Part shown: piece after piece, positions 26,781 through 41,113 of the stretch
Numbering within the stretch: position 1 is the first letter of the stretch
How the letters are laid out: each line of letters starts with the position of its first letter
Source of the DNA: Eledone cirrhosa
Lineage: Eukaryota
Direction of reading: 5' to 3'
Length of the DNA: 64,000 nucleotides
Assembly: GCA_964016885.1 (NCBI GenBank)
Contig: OZ024761.1
Coordinates: 5,394,001-5,458,000 of the forward strand
Notes under the pieces: model-generated
The model's input: the letters and a program-made list of their open reading frames with translations, nothing else
Database searches by the model: none
Told to the model about the DNA's origin: nothing
Program-made: the position numbers and the translations under genes

Positions 26781-27015
26781 TATATATACTTATAAACATA
26801 TATACATACAAACACATATATATATATATATGTACTTCTATACGTATGTGTTTGTGTGTGTATATTAATATATTATATCTATGCATATATTTATACTGCT
26901 TCTCACATGTACATGTGTGTGTGTTATGCAGATTTAAAAATGTAAAGTGTGATTTGAGGGCAGAAAGAAAAACTTTACATATGGAAGCTAAACTGTTTGT
27001 TGGTCATAAAAGATA

Positions 27016-27950
27016 TGTCACCTGGGCTTGAACCTGTGTTGGTCACAACCTGGGCTTGAACCTGTGTTGGTCACATGTCACCTGGGCTTGAACCTGTGTT
27101 GGTCACAACCTGGGCTTGAACCTGTGTTGGTCACATGTCACCTGGGCTTGAACCTGTGTTGGTCACATGTCACCTGGGCTTGAACCTGTGTTGGTCACAT
27201 GTCACCTGGGCTTGAGCCTGTCTTGGTCACATGTCACCTGGGCTTGAACCTGTGTTGGTCACATGTCACCTAGGCTTGAACCTATGTTGGTCACATGTGA
27301 CCTGGGCTTGAGCCTATGTTGGTCACATGTGACCTGGGCTTGAGCCTATGTTGGTCACATGTGACCTGGGCTTGAGCCTGTGTTGGTCACATGTGACCTG
27401 GGCTTGAGCCTATGTTGGTTACATGTGACCTGGGCTTGAGCCTGTGTTGGTCACATGTCACCTGGGCTTGAACCTGTCTTGGTCACATGTCACCTAGGCT
27501 TGACCTGTGTTGGTCACATGTCACCTGGGCTTGAACCTGTGTTGGTCACATGTCACCTGGGCTTGAGCCTGTGTTGGTCACATGTCACCTGGGCTTGAAC
27601 CTGTGTTGGTCACATGTCACCTGGGCTTGAACCTGTGTTGGTCACATGTGACCTGGGCTTGAGCCTGTGTTGGTCACATGTCACCTGGGCTTGAGCCTGT
27701 CTTGGTCACATGTCACCTGGGCTTGAGCCTGTGTTGGTCACATGTCACCTGGGCTTGAGCCTGTCTTGGTCACATGTCACCTGGGCTTGAGCCTGTGTTG
27801 GTCACATGTCACCTGGGCTTGAGCCTGTCTTGGTCACATGTCACCTGGGCTTGAGCCTGTCTTGGTCACATGTCACCTGGGCTTGAGCCTGTCTTGGTCA
27901 CATGTCACCTGGGCTTGAGCCTGTCTTGGTCACATGTCACCTGGGCTTGA
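27016..27950 (+). repeat. Minisatellite, 32-bp unit, ~29 copies
   Basis: Unit tgtcacctgggcttga(a/g)cctgtgttggtcaca; some junctions form the palindrome gtcacatgtgac. Confidence 0.97.
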
Positions 27951-28049
27951 TGTGAAAAGAGATTTTTGTTTTGTTTTTTTCACATTTATTGAGTAATAAA
28001 CAGAAATAATATAAGTTAAACAAAAAAAATATTCTTTCTAACATTGACA

Positions 28050-28570
28050 CGAGGTCAGTGATTTTGGGAGGAGGAGAAATGATTATAGCAAACCCCAGTA
28101 TTTTACTGGTATTTTATTTTATTGGCTTTGGAAGGATGAAAGGCAAAGTTGACCTCAGCAGGGTTTACAACTCAGAATGTTAAAAGCCACAAAGACATTT
28201 AACCAACACTTTAACGATTCTGCCACTCCAACCATGTTAAGAATAATAGTAATAATAATTGTTTCTACTTTTGGCACAAGGCCAGCAATTACCCAGTACA
28301 TTACTGGTACTTTATTTTATCGACTCCATAAGGATGAAAATAATAATAATAATAATAAAAATAATGGTTTCTGAGTTAGGCACAAGGCCAGTAAGTTTTT
28401 TTGCCGGGGGGAAGGGAAAGTCAATTAAATCGACCCCAGTCCGTGACTGGTATTTTATTTTATCAACCCTGTAAGGATGAAAGGCAAAGTTAACCTCAGT
28501 GGGATTTGAACTCAGAACGTAAAGGGACGTAACTGTGTCGTGAAGCATGGTGTCTGACGCTCTACCGATG
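28050..28570 (-). mobile_element. Cluster of partial Deu/Nin-like SINE copies
   Basis: Repeated tactggtactttattttatcgacc...aggatgaaaggcaaagtt segments. Confidence 0.75.
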
Positions 28571-28840
28571 ATAATTATAACTTCTGGAAAGGTTGAAAGG
28601 CAGAAATAAAAAGCAACATTGAGTTGATAAAAGACGAAAGATAAGCTAATAACACCAATAAACAACAGTGACATCTTTTGTCTGTCAGAAGAACTAAATT
28701 TGGTACTTTGATATATTAAAGACCAGCATTTCATACATGTATAATGTATATATACATATATATATATATACACACATACAGACATATATATTTATATACA
28801 CATACATACAGACATATATATTTATATACACATACATACA

Positions 28841-28871
<31 letters not shown>

Positions 28872-29480
28872 GAATATATATGCGTGTGTGTGTATAAAAT
28901 ATGTATGTATATGCGTGTGTAGATAGATATATGTATACATATGCATATAAACACACACACACATATTTTATAATTTTGCACGTTTTATTTTTATACCTTT
29001 TAAAATCTCCTCCAGTTTGTGATCTACACCCACCACCACCACCACCACCTCCATTAATAGGTGGAAGGGGGGGGCTGTGATCTACACCCATCACCACCTT
29101 CATTAATAGGTGGGAGGGGGAGGTAGAAGATGCTGTTAGTTGGGGACGACTCCTCTTGTTGTTGTTGTTGTTGTTACTGTTTGTCTTCCATTAGTTTATC
29201 AGAATAATGTGATAATAAGTTTCCATGCATCTTACAGTTGTTGTTGTTGTTCCCCCACCTCGTTCAATATTGAGCAGTGCTTCACATCAGGTTATCTCCC
29301 TTTATCATTCAAGATGCTCATGTTACATAAATTGTTTATTCATTATAATTATTTCAACGGTTCCCTTATGCAATCCATGATGTAATGTATGCATTTGTTG
29401 TTGTTATGAGAATTCTTCAGATGAAAATCCAATTTTATGATATGCCACAGGCAGAAAACACATCCTTCTCATGTGCCTGG

Positions 29481-29518
<38 letters not shown>

Positions 29519-29749
29519 TATATTATTTATTTATGTTCAGACATGGAACAAAAAGTGCTACCTAAGGTTTCAAGGTCCAACAATGACCATCTCCCCAGAT
29601 TTTTCACGGGAGTGCAGAGTGGAAGAGGGGCTCCGATTTGTGACCTAGTCATTAGGCGCTTGGACGAATGGTTTTTCTGAAGAGGAATGGAAGGGAACCA
29701 CAGTTAAATAAGGTAGTACTCAATACATTAGTAGAAGAGGTACAGATTT

Positions 29750-29854
29750 ATTTCATATAGAAATGACTTCTACAGGTTGAGAACTCTTTCATTCCTGATG
29801 ATTTCAAATGAATGGAACAGTTCTACGCCTGTAGAAGTCATCTCTATATGAAAT
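29750..29854. repeat. Palindromic (hairpin) repeat, MITE-like
   Basis: atttcatatagaaatgacttctacagg ... cctgtagaagtcatctctatatgaaat; a half copy occurs at ~52500-52540. Confidence 0.75.
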
Positions 29855-30144
29855 ATGTAATATATATATATATATCATATAATTTATAACTGTGGCCTTT
29901 GATATTTTGATATCACATTTCTGGTATAATAATTCCATATTGAATCAGTATTGTTTTGTTTGATATGGTTTTTAAATCTCACATGTTATCATTTCATATC
30001 AGTTCTATATTGTTTTCTTATGATGAGTTTATTGTTATGGTTTATTATGATTTGTTATGGAATAGTATATTTTTTTTAGGTGAATTTCAAGAGTTAATAC
30101 CATTTTTATCCAGTATTTGGCATCATTTTAGGATGATTAAAAAT

Positions 30145-30863
30145 TGATGTGTGAGTGTATTATTTCATCATTATTCCACTTTATATAGCATTGATGTGTG
30201 GGTGTATATTTTACTATATTTCACCATTATTCCACTTTATATAGCATTGATGTGTGGGTGTATATTTTACTATATTTCACCATTATTCCACTTTATATAA
30301 CATTGATGTGTGGGTGTATATTTTACTATATTTCATCATTATTCCACTTTATGTAGCATTGATGAGTGGGTGTATATTTTACTATATTTCATCATTATTC
30401 CACTTTATATAACATTGATGAGTGGGTGTATATTTTACTATATTTCATCATTATTCCACTTTATATAACATTGATGTGTGGGTGTATATTTTACTATATT
30501 TCACCATTATTCCACTTTATATAGCATTGATGTGTGGGTGTATATTTTACTATATTTCACCATTATTGCACTTTATATAGCATTGATGTGTGGGTGTATA
30601 TTTTACTATATTTCACCATTATTGCACTTTATATAGCATTGATGTGTGGGTGTATATTTTACTATATTTCACCATTATTCCACTTTATATAGCATTGATG
30701 TGTGGGTGTATATTTTACTATATTTCACCATTATTGCACTTTATATAGCATTGATGTGTGGGTGTATATTTTACTATATTTCACCATTATTGCACTTTAT
30801 ATAGCATTGATGTGTGGGTGTGTATTTTACTATATTTCACCATTATTGCACTTTATATAACAT
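30145..30863 (+). repeat. Minisatellite, 56-bp unit, ~13 copies
   Basis: Unit ttgatgtgtgggtgtatattttactatatttcaccattattccactttatatagca. Confidence 0.97.
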
Positions 30864-30976
30864 TTCCATTATTTTATACAAATAAATTTCAATATTAATA
30901 CATATTGTTTTATCTCCATATTTCTCACATATTATTATAATATTGTATGTGTGTCTCTCTATATCAGTACAGATTT

Positions 30977-31070
30977 AAAGTTTAAGCAATGAATTTCTGC
31001 TTTCACCCTAAGCAGGATCATCTGAAAAATCTCACTTAGGGTGAAAGCAAAAATTCATTGCTTAAACTTT
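30977..31070. repeat. Near-perfect inverted repeat, 36-bp arms and 22-nt loop
   Basis: aaagtttaagcaatgaatttctgctttcaccctaag / cttagggtgaaagcaaaaattcattgcttaaacttt (1 mismatch). Confidence 0.9.
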
Positions 31071-31101
31071 TATTCAAGACTAATAATAAATATTTGCTAC
31101 G

Positions 31102-32188
<1,087 letters not shown>

Positions 32189-32390
32189 AAAATTTGAACT
32201 CAGCTAGTTGGAGTGTAGACTTTCGTTAGTAGGAAGACGAGTATGAGGGTAAGGTGGTATGGTACCCAGATTGTTATACAATATTTGTGTATATATATAT
32301 ATGTGTGTTGTGTATATAGGTGTGTGTATATATATATATGTGTGTGTGTGTATATATGTGTGTGTGTGTATTGGTTCTATCTATACATAG

Positions 32391-32628
32391 CCTTTCAATA
32401 CTGACCCACCCCACACACTCATCTGGTTCTATGAAACTATGAAATCAATGTTAAAGGGTCTCTATTTGGATTAACACCTTCCAACATAATTTCACATAAG
32501 AACCTTTTGTTATATTACAAAGACCAACTTAATAATGAAATAATATATAATTTTAATAAATCTTCCCAAATTCTTCATTAATTTATTGAAATAGAGTTAA
32601 CTTCCTTCGAAATCTGGTCACGAAAAGG
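32391..32628. mobile_element. MITE family B, unexpanded copy
   Basis: cctttcaatact...tggtcacgaaaagg|ttaa; internal similarity to 824-1381, 11600-11705 and 13400-13560. Confidence 0.6.
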
Positions 32629-33135
32629 TTAAATAAACTTTCATCTTCACCTATATATAAATTTCTGCGATTCTGTCACAACACGTAAAGAGAGAGTAGT
32701 AGTTTGACTAACTCGTACTACTCCTCTCTCTTTACCTCTGCTGCCTGCGTGAATGTGTGTGTGTAAAAGGGAGGAAGGGGGTGGTGAAGTGTAAGTGTAT
32801 GTGTGTGTGTTTGTATAAATGTGTGAATGTATGTGTATATTTGTGTGAATGTATGTCTGAGTGTGTATTTTTGTATGTCTGCGTTTGCACGTTTATATTT
32901 ATATACTCATACATATAAATGTATGCATATGTACCTACACACACGCACACACACATACACATTACGCGTCAGCATGGTGAAAAGAATTCTTGTTTATTTA
33001 AATTTCTTCTCAATAATTTTCTGCTATTTTTATATTTCCAAGGTGTTGTGAAGGAAGCACTTGAAGATGATATCAGCAATTTATGTTTTGTGGAGGAATT
33101 TCTTTGTTTGTCTTCTTTTTTTACAATTCCATTTA

Positions 33136-33357
33136 CCCTTTAGCATTTAAACCGGCTACATCCGGCCGGGATCCTCTCACCACTTTGTGTTCAAACCGGC
33201 TATAATTGGCCACTCATGTTGACATTAAGGTATTGTTCTCAAAATAAATAACCTCAAAATCTCATAGATTTGATATTATGTGAGGTAATTATGTGAGGTA
33301 AAGCCTTTACCACAAAAATACTATAATATATATAGAGTAGTGTAAATGCGAAAGGGT
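33136..33357. mobile_element. MITE family A, single-unit copy (~220 bp)
   Basis: ccctttagcattta ... taaatgcgaaaggg|ttaa; contains one copy of the 72-bp unit. Confidence 0.85.
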
Positions 33358-33622
33358 TTAACCAACCAAATTCCTCTTTTTATTCTTCAATATGAAAAAA
33401 AAAAAATGCAAAACGAAATTATTGTTGGTGGGGGAAGAATTAATAATAATAATTGTTGTTTAAGTTTTGGTTATTTTTGTGTTTTTGCTTTGCTTTGAGA
33501 CAAAAACAAAAAGAAATGCGAAAAGATTGCAACAACAACAACAACAACAATAACCAAGAACAACAATAGCATGGTTTGATTATAAAGATAGTTGTATAAA
33601 AGATAGCAGTGAAGATTAGAGG

Positions 33623-33876
33623 CTATAGGCATGAGCTGAGGAGAGAGAGAAGCGCCTTTATGATTAGTAGTGCCATTAGAGAGTGACTGTGGATGGAGAT
33701 ATCACCCGATGGGATAACGTGAGGTTTGTTACTGCTGTGGGGTAGTCCTATGTTCTTTGGTGGCTTGCATTGCATCCAGCGTTCTGCGATATTGCCAGTA
33801 GGCTGTTTGGTCTTCACACGCATCTGGCTATCAAGGAACTCCCAATAGTGTTTACCTTTAATAAAATATGTCTTCC
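33623..33876 (-). CDS. Matrix metalloproteinase, terminal exon (hemopexin repeat 4 plus hydrophobic C-terminus)
   Basis: ttgcag| acceptor, phase 1. Encodes GKTYFIKGKHYWEF...RWMQC...SLMALLIIKALLSLLSSCL, stop TAG. Confidence 0.92.
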
Positions 33877-33916
33877 CTGCAAGATAAACAGAAAAAAATT
33901 CATCAGAAGACTTTGT

Positions 33917-34418
33917 ATCACCATCACCATCACTATCACCACCATCATCATTGTCAACATTGTCATCATCGTCAGCACCATCACCACCACCACCACCACC
34001 ACCACCACCATTAACATTGTCATCACCACCATCACCGCCACCACCATCATCATCAACACTGTCATCCTCACCACCACCACCACCACTACCATCATCATCA
34101 ATATTGTCATCATCACCACCACCACCACCAACATTTACATCATCACCACCACCACCACCACCAACATTTACATCATCACCACCACCACCACCACCACCAC
34201 CACCAACATTTACATCATCACCACCACCACCACCACCACCACCACCAACATTTACATCATCACCACCACCACCACCATCAACATTTACATCATCACCACC
34301 ACCATCATCAACATTTACATCATCACCACCACCGTCATCAACATTGTCAATGTCATTATCATCATCATCACCATCACCATCACCATCACCACCATCAACA
34401 ACATTATTAATGTCATCA
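33917..34418. repeat. (CAC/CAT)n microsatellite filling an MMP intron
   Basis: Seen directly. Confidence 0.95.
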
Positions 34419-34465
34419 TTGAATGTGTGGTTTTAGCCAGGTTGGTATGAAAGGGTGTAACTTAC

Positions 34466-34738
34466 CATCATTAAACTGGAAAGCTGCATCAAGTGGTGTT
34501 GGAACACCTTGCCATATTTTCATATCTCGAGGGTAGTCAAAGACAACGTAACTTTCGTTCTCGTCAAACTTCCAGTACATATCGTCACTGACCAGGTAAG
34601 TACGTTTGTTGTAACTCCATGTGAAAGCTGTATCAATTTTTTTAAGGTCTGGTGGCAGACCTAGCTCTGTTAGGGGTCGACCTTCAGTAGGCCAAGCTTT
34701 CTCCATGTGATTGGCATCGTACAACCAGTACCTGTTAC
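34466..34738 (-). CDS. MMP exon, hemopexin repeats
   Basis: AG/GT bounded, 273 bp, phase 1-1. Encodes GNRYWLYD...KKIDTAFTWSYNKRTYLVSDDMYWKFDE...DYPRDMKIWQGVPTPLDAAF. Confidence 0.95.
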
Positions 34739-34901
34739 CTGCAATCAAATACAATCACTGATAGAAAATGTTTTCAAGATATGGGGGAACAGGTTTACTA
34801 AATTCTAAAGCCCCCCCCCCCACACACGCACACACAAAAAAACAACCCCAACATTTAATTGTAAAAAAACAAAAACAAAAATGAATATGAAGAACAGATT
34901 A

Positions 34902-36095
34902 TAACCCTTTCATTACCATATTTCTAATGAAAGACACTGTCTATGTCATTAACCCTTTCATTACCATATTTCTAATGAAAGACACTGTCTATGTCATTAA
35001 CCTTTCCATTACCATATTTCTAATGAAAGACACTGTCTATGTCATTAACCCTTTCATTACCATATTTCTAATGAAAGACACTGTCTATGTCATTAACCCT
35101 TTCATTACCATATTTCTAATGAAAGACACTGTCTATGTCATTAACCCTTTCATTACTATACTTCTAATGAAAGACACTGTCTATATCATTAACCCTTTCA
35201 ATACCATATTTCTACTGAAAGACACTGTCTATGTCATTAACCCTTTCATTACCATATTTCTGCTGAAAGACACTGTCTATGTCATTAACCCTTTCATTAC
35301 CATATTTCTACTGAAAGACACTGTCTATGTCATTAACCCTTTCATTACCATATTTCTAATGAAAGACACTGTCTATGTCATTAACCCTTTCATTACCATA
35401 TTTCTAATGAAAGACACTGTCTATATCATTAACCCTTTCATTACCATATTTCTAATGAAAGACACTGTCTATGTCATTAACCCTTTCATTACCATATCTC
35501 TAATGAAAGACACTGTCTATGTCTTTAACCCTTTCATTACCATACTTCTAATGAAAGACACTGTCTATGTCAATAACCCTTTCATTACCATATTACTAAT
35601 GAAAGATACTGTCTATGTCTTTAACCCTTTCATTACCATACTTCTAATGAAAGACACTGTCTATGTCATTAACCCTTTCATTACCATATTTCTACTGAAA
35701 GACACTGTCAATGTCATTAACCCTTTCATTACCATATTACTAATGAAAGACACTGTCTTTGTCATTAACCCTTTCATTACCATATTTCTACTGAAAGACA
35801 CTGTCTATGTCATTAACCCTTTCATTACCATATTACTAATGAAAGACACTGTCTATGTCATTAACCCTTTCATTACCATATTTCTACTGAAAGACACTGT
35901 CTATGTCATTAACCCTTTCATTACCATATTACTAATGAAAGACACTGTCAATGTCATTAACCCTTTCATTACCATATTACTAATGAAAGACACTGTCAAT
36001 GTCATTAACCCTTTCATTACCATATTACTAATGAAAGACACTGTCAATGTCATTAACCCTTTCATTACCATATTACTAATGAAAGACACTGTCTA
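34902..36095 (+). repeat. Minisatellite, 48-bp MITE-B-terminus unit, ~25 copies
   Basis: Unit ttaaccctttcattaccatatttctaatgaaagacactgtctatgtca; followed by MITE body (36096-36210) homologous to 13400-13510. Confidence 0.96.
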
Positions 36096-36254
36096 TAGTA
36101 TAACGAAGTTCCTCATTATTTATTTGTGTTTGGAATATTACTCAACTCAACAATCGTTCTACGTAAAATTATGACAGGAGGTTTTTAAATAAATATAAAA
36201 ACTTACATAAAATGATAATGGGAAAATCCTAGATAAAAAATTAACTGAACCACG

Positions 36255-36690
36255 TCATCTAGTGGCCTCAGCTGAAATGGACTCAATAATTGACCTCCAC
36301 TTGGGTCTGTCGTTCATTGCCGTTGCCAAGTCCTGGATTTCAATACCAGAATCTCTGGAGATGACATCGGGATAGGAGAGCTTGTGTCCCCTATTATTAG
36401 TGACTGCTTGTGGTTTCCAGAGTACTAATGGGAACACAGCCTCATAGGTGGCACGATGTCAGTGGCCAGCAAATCGGGATAGGAGAGCTGTGCCCCCTGT
36501 TATTAGTGACTGCTTGTGGTTTGCAAAGCACTAATGGGGACACAGCCTTGTAGGTGGCACGATGGCAGTGGCCAGCAAATCGGGATAGGAGAGCTGTGCC
36601 CCCTGTTATTAGTGACTGCTTGTGGTTTGCAAAGCACTAATGGGGACACAGCCTTGTAGGTGGCACGATGGCAGTGGCCAGCAAATCTTA
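36255..36690 (-). mobile_element. LINE 3' fragment (RTE-like) with local ~110-bp tandem duplications
   Basis: Encodes VLWKPQ...RGHKLSYPDVISRDSGIEIQDLATAMNDRPKWRSII, resembling a LINE C-terminus. Confidence 0.55.
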
Positions 36691-36773
36691 CTCTCCTTTT
36701 ATGTACACCGACTGATATTTCTTTATGGTCATGAAAGGTGTAAGGTAAAGGGGGATTACTTAATTTCTCTCAC

Positions 36774-36912
36774 CTTTGAAGAACATAATTTTGGATCCTT
36801 TCTTCCGCTCAAAGACAGCATCAATACTATCTTCAGGGTAGTTGTACCAAAACTGTGTTATTAGTATCGGAGAACTGTCCTTCATGCCTCCTGACTCCCA
36901 GCGCCAGAAATA
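36774..36912 (-). CDS. MMP exon, hemopexin
   Basis: ccag|...|gtgag, 139 bp, phase 0-1. Encodes YFWRWESGG...ITQFWYNYPEDSIDAVFERKKGSKIMFFKG. Not in the ORF track. Confidence 0.92.
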
Positions 36913-37174
36913 CTGGTAAAAAACAAAAACAAAATAACGATAAGAATATTTCTGCTGTTCTCATTAATCTTTAGCACGCTAGAAATATTTATGGATTACT
37001 TCCCTTGATACAGCATTATCTATTAAGGGGAGATCACTCTATTGTCGCAATATGTTGCCAGCGTGTTAAAGGTTAGATACAAAGGGTTGCTGAAGATGTG
37101 TATATAATTGTTGTTTTCTTTATATTTCAATTTCAGCTTTGTAATATGGAGTTTTATTATATTTATGAACAGAT

Positions 37175-37363
37175 GAGGCGGTGGATTGGCAGTATCGGTA
37201 GAGGGTCGGACGCCATACTTTGACGCATAGAGTTACGGCCCTTGCCATTCTGAGTTCAAATCCCGCCGAGGTTAACTTTGGCTTTCATCCTTACAGGGTC
37301 GATAAAATAAAGTACCAGTAATACACTGAGATAATTGCTGGCCTTGTGCCTAACGTAGAAACA
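37175..37363 (+). mobile_element. Deu/Nin-like SINE with 19-bp TSD
   Basis: TSD attatatttatgaacagat at 37156-37174 and 37364-37382. Confidence 0.88.
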
Positions 37364-37629
37364 ATTATATTTATGAACAGATACATTTAAACTGACAGGG
37401 TGTTGTTTCAGTATCTGTACAGCAACAACCATTCCTCTCATCCAGTCACTTGCATCCTTCCTCCACACATGACCTAGCCATCTCTGGTTCTCTCCCTCTC
37501 CCCCAGTCACTTGCATCCTTCCTCCACACATGACCCAGCCACCCACCACTGGCTTTATTCCCATCATCCTTAATTCCTATCATTGTTCTTAAGTATTCTT
37601 TCAGTTTTCAAAACAAATTTCATTAACCT

Positions 37630-40149
37630 GTTGACTGCCGTGTATATTTTACACGGCTACAGTTGCTGTGTTGACTGCTGTGTATATTTTACACAGCTAC
37701 AGTTGCTGTGTTGACTGCCGTGTATATTTTACACAGCTACAGTTGCTGTGTTGACTACTGTGTATATTTTACACAGCTACAGTTGCTGTGTTGACTGCCG
37801 TGTATATTTTACACAGCTACAGTTGCTGTGTTGACTGCTGTGTATATTTTACACAGCTACAGTTGCTGTATTGACTGCTGTGTATATTTTACACATCTAC
37901 AGTTGCTGTGTTGACTGCTGTGTATATTTTACACAGCTACAGTTGCTGTATTGACTGCTGTGTATATTTTACACAGCTACAGTTGCTGTGTTGACTGCTG
38001 TGTATATTTTACACAGCTGCAGTTGCTGTGTTGACTGCTGTGTATATTTTACATGGCTACAGTTGCTGTGTTGACTGCCGTGTATATTTTACACAGCTAC
38101 AGTTGCTGTGTTGACTGCTGTGTATATTTTACACATCTACAGTTGCTGTGTTGACTGCTGTGTATATTTTACACAGCTACAGTTACTGTGTTGACTGCTG
38201 TGTATATTTTACACAGCTACAGTTGCTGTGTTGACTGCTGTGTATATTTTACACAGCTACAGTTGCTGTGTTGACTGCTGTGTATATTTTACACAGCTAC
38301 AGTTACTGTGTTGACTGCTGTGTATATTTTACACAGCTACAGTTACTGTGTTGACTGCTGTGTATATTTTACACATCTACAGTTGCTGTGTATATTTTAC
38401 ACAGCTACAGTTGCTGTGTTGACTGCTGTGTATATTTTACACAGCTACAGTTGCTGTATTGACTGCTGTGTATATTTTACACAGCTACAGTTGCTGTGTT
38501 GACTGCCGTGTATATTTTACACAGCTACAGTTGCTGTGTTGACTGCTGTATATATTTTACACAGCTACAGTTGCTGTATTGACTGCTGTGTATATTTTAC
38601 ACAGCTACAGTTGCTGTGTTGACTGCTGTGTATATTTTACACAGCTACAGTTGCTGTGTTGACTGCTGTGTATATTTTACACAGCTACAGTTGCTGTATT
38701 GACTGCTGTGTATATTTTACACAGCTACAGTTGCTGTGTTGACTGCTGTGTATATTTTACACAGCTACAGTTGCTGTGTTGACTGCTGTGTATATTTTAC
38801 ACAGCTACAGTTGCTGTGTTGACTACTGTGTATATTTTACACAGCTACAGTTGCTGTGTTGACTGCTGTGTATATTTTACACAGCTACAGTTGCTGTGTT
38901 GACTACTGTGTATATTTTACACAGCTACAGTTGCTGTGTTGACTGCTGTGTATATTTTACACAGCTACAGTTGCTGTATTGACTGCTGTGTATATTTTAC
39001 ACAGCTACAGTTACTGTGTTGACTGCTGTGTATATTTTACACAGCTACAGTTGCTGTGTTGACTGCTGTGTATATTTTACACAGCTACAGTTGCTGTATT
39101 GACTGCTGTGTATATTTTACACAGCTACAGTTGCTGTGTTGACTGCTGTGTATATTTTACACAGCTGCAGTTGCTGTATTGACTGCCGTGTATATTTTAC
39201 ACAGCTACAGTTGCTGTATTGACTGCCGTGTATATTTTACACAGCTACAGTTGCTGTGTTGACTGCCGTGTATATTTTACACATCTACAGTTGCTGTGTT
39301 GACTGCCGTGTATATTTTACACAGCTACAGTTGCTGTATTGACTGCTGTGTATATTTTACACAGCTACAGTTGCTGTGTTGACTGCTGTGTATATTTTAC
39401 ACAGCTACAGTTGCTGTGTTGACTGCTGTGTATATTTTACACAGCTACAGTTACTGTGTTGACTGCCGTGTATATTTTACACAGCTACAGTTACTGTGTT
39501 GACTGCCGTGTATATTTTACACAGCTACAGTTGCTGTGTTGACTGCTGTGTATATTTTACATGGCTACAGTTGCTGTGTTGACTGCTGTATATATTTTAC
39601 ACAGCTACAGTTGCTGTATTGACTGCTGTGTATATTTTACACAGCTACAGTTACTGTGTTGACTGCCGTGTATATTTTACACAGCTACAGTTGCTGTGTT
39701 GACTGCTGTGTATATTTTACACAGCTGCAGTTGCTGTATTGACTGCTGTGTATATTTTACACAGCTGCAGTTGCTGTATTGACTGCTGTGTATATTTTAC
39801 ACAGCTACAGTTGCTGTGTTGACTGCTGTATATATTTCACACAGCTACAGTTGCTGTATTGACTGCTGTGTATATTTTACACAGCTACAGTTACTGTGTT
39901 GACTGCCGTGTATATTTTACACAGCTACAGTTGCTGTGTTGACTGCTGTGTATATTTTACACAGCTGCAGTTGCTGTATTGACTACTGTGTATATTTTAC
40001 ACAGCTACAGTTGCTGTGTTGACTGCTGTGTATATTTTACACAGCTGCAGTTGCTGTATTGACTACTGTGTATATTTTACGCAGCTACAGTTGCTGTGTT
40101 GACTGCTGTGTATATTTTACACAGCTGCAGTTGCTGTATTGACTGCCGT
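37630..40149 (+). repeat. Minisatellite, 40-bp unit, ~63 copies
   Basis: Unit gttgactgctgtgtatattttacacagctacagttgctgt, with internal hairpin ctgtgta/tacacag. Confidence 0.98.
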
Positions 40150-40259
40150 GCCAGTTTTTTTTCAGTAAAATGACTATTTCTTTAAACAAACATTTATTAA
40201 CAACACATATCTGAATGATTGACAAACGTCACATCAATAAACTAGTAGCCCCATCTAGC

Positions 40260-40867
40260 TTTGAAGTTAAGAACTACTGGGAACAGGTTCATAACTTTGA
40301 AGTTATGAACTGTTGGAAAGGAGTTCATAACTTTGAAGTTATGAACTGTTGGAAAGGAGTTCATAACTTTGAAGTTATGAACTGTTGGAAAGGAGTTCAT
40401 AACTTTGAAGTTATGAACTGTTGGAAAGGAGTTTATAACTTTGAGGTTATGAACTGTTGGAAAGGAGTTCATAACTTTGAAGTTATGAACTGTTGGAAAG
40501 GAATTTATAACTTTGAAGTTATGAACTGTTGGAAAGGAGTTTATAACTTTGGAGTTATGAACTGTTGGAAAGGAGTTCATAACTTTGAAGTTATGAACTG
40601 TTGGAAAGGAGTTTATAACTTTGAAGTTATGAATTGTTGGAAAGGAGTTTATAACTTTGGAGTTATGAATTGTTGGAAAGGAGTTTATAACTTTGAGGTT
40701 ATGAACTGTTGGAAACAAGTTCATAACTTTGAGGTTATGAACTGTTGGAAAGGAGTTCATAACTTTGAAGTTATGAGCTATTGGAAACGAGTTCATAACT
40801 TTGGAGTTATGAACTGTTGGAAACGAGTTCATAACTTAGAAGTTATGAACTGTTAGAAACGAGTTCA
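40260..40867 (+). repeat. Minisatellite, 36-bp unit, ~17 copies
   Basis: Unit gttcataactttgaagttatgaactgttggaaagga, containing an 11-bp perfect inverted repeat. Confidence 0.97.
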
Positions 40868-40934
40868 AACATGTTACGATGGCACTGAAGAGGTTAAAAA
40901 AAACTCATGCTCCACCTAGTTGAGAAAGACTTAC

Positions 40935-41113
40935 CTTTCCTTTGAAGATGTAAACATCACCTCGAATTCTGGTAATAGCGTCAAATTTGTGGGTGCAATT
41001 ATCAACAAAGCCTTCATCTTCCTTATCCTTTTCTTCTGTATCTACTGTCGTACCATCATCCTCAGGATGAGGCTGTATTATTATCACTGGTGTGTTGTTA
41101 CTGTTTTTAACAC
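40935..41113 (-). CDS. MMP exon, hinge plus start of the hemopexin domain
   Basis: acag|...|gtaag, 179 bp, phase 1-0. Encodes GVKNS...acidic linker...DNCTHKFDAITRIRGDVYIFKGK. Confidence 0.93.

Larger units (their letters stand above)
37627..40893. mobile_element. TTAA-flanked MITE (family C) carrying two internal minisatellites
   Basis: ttaa|cctgttgactgcc ... ggcactgaagagg|ttaa: imperfect TIR with TTAA on both sides. Confidence 0.65.
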
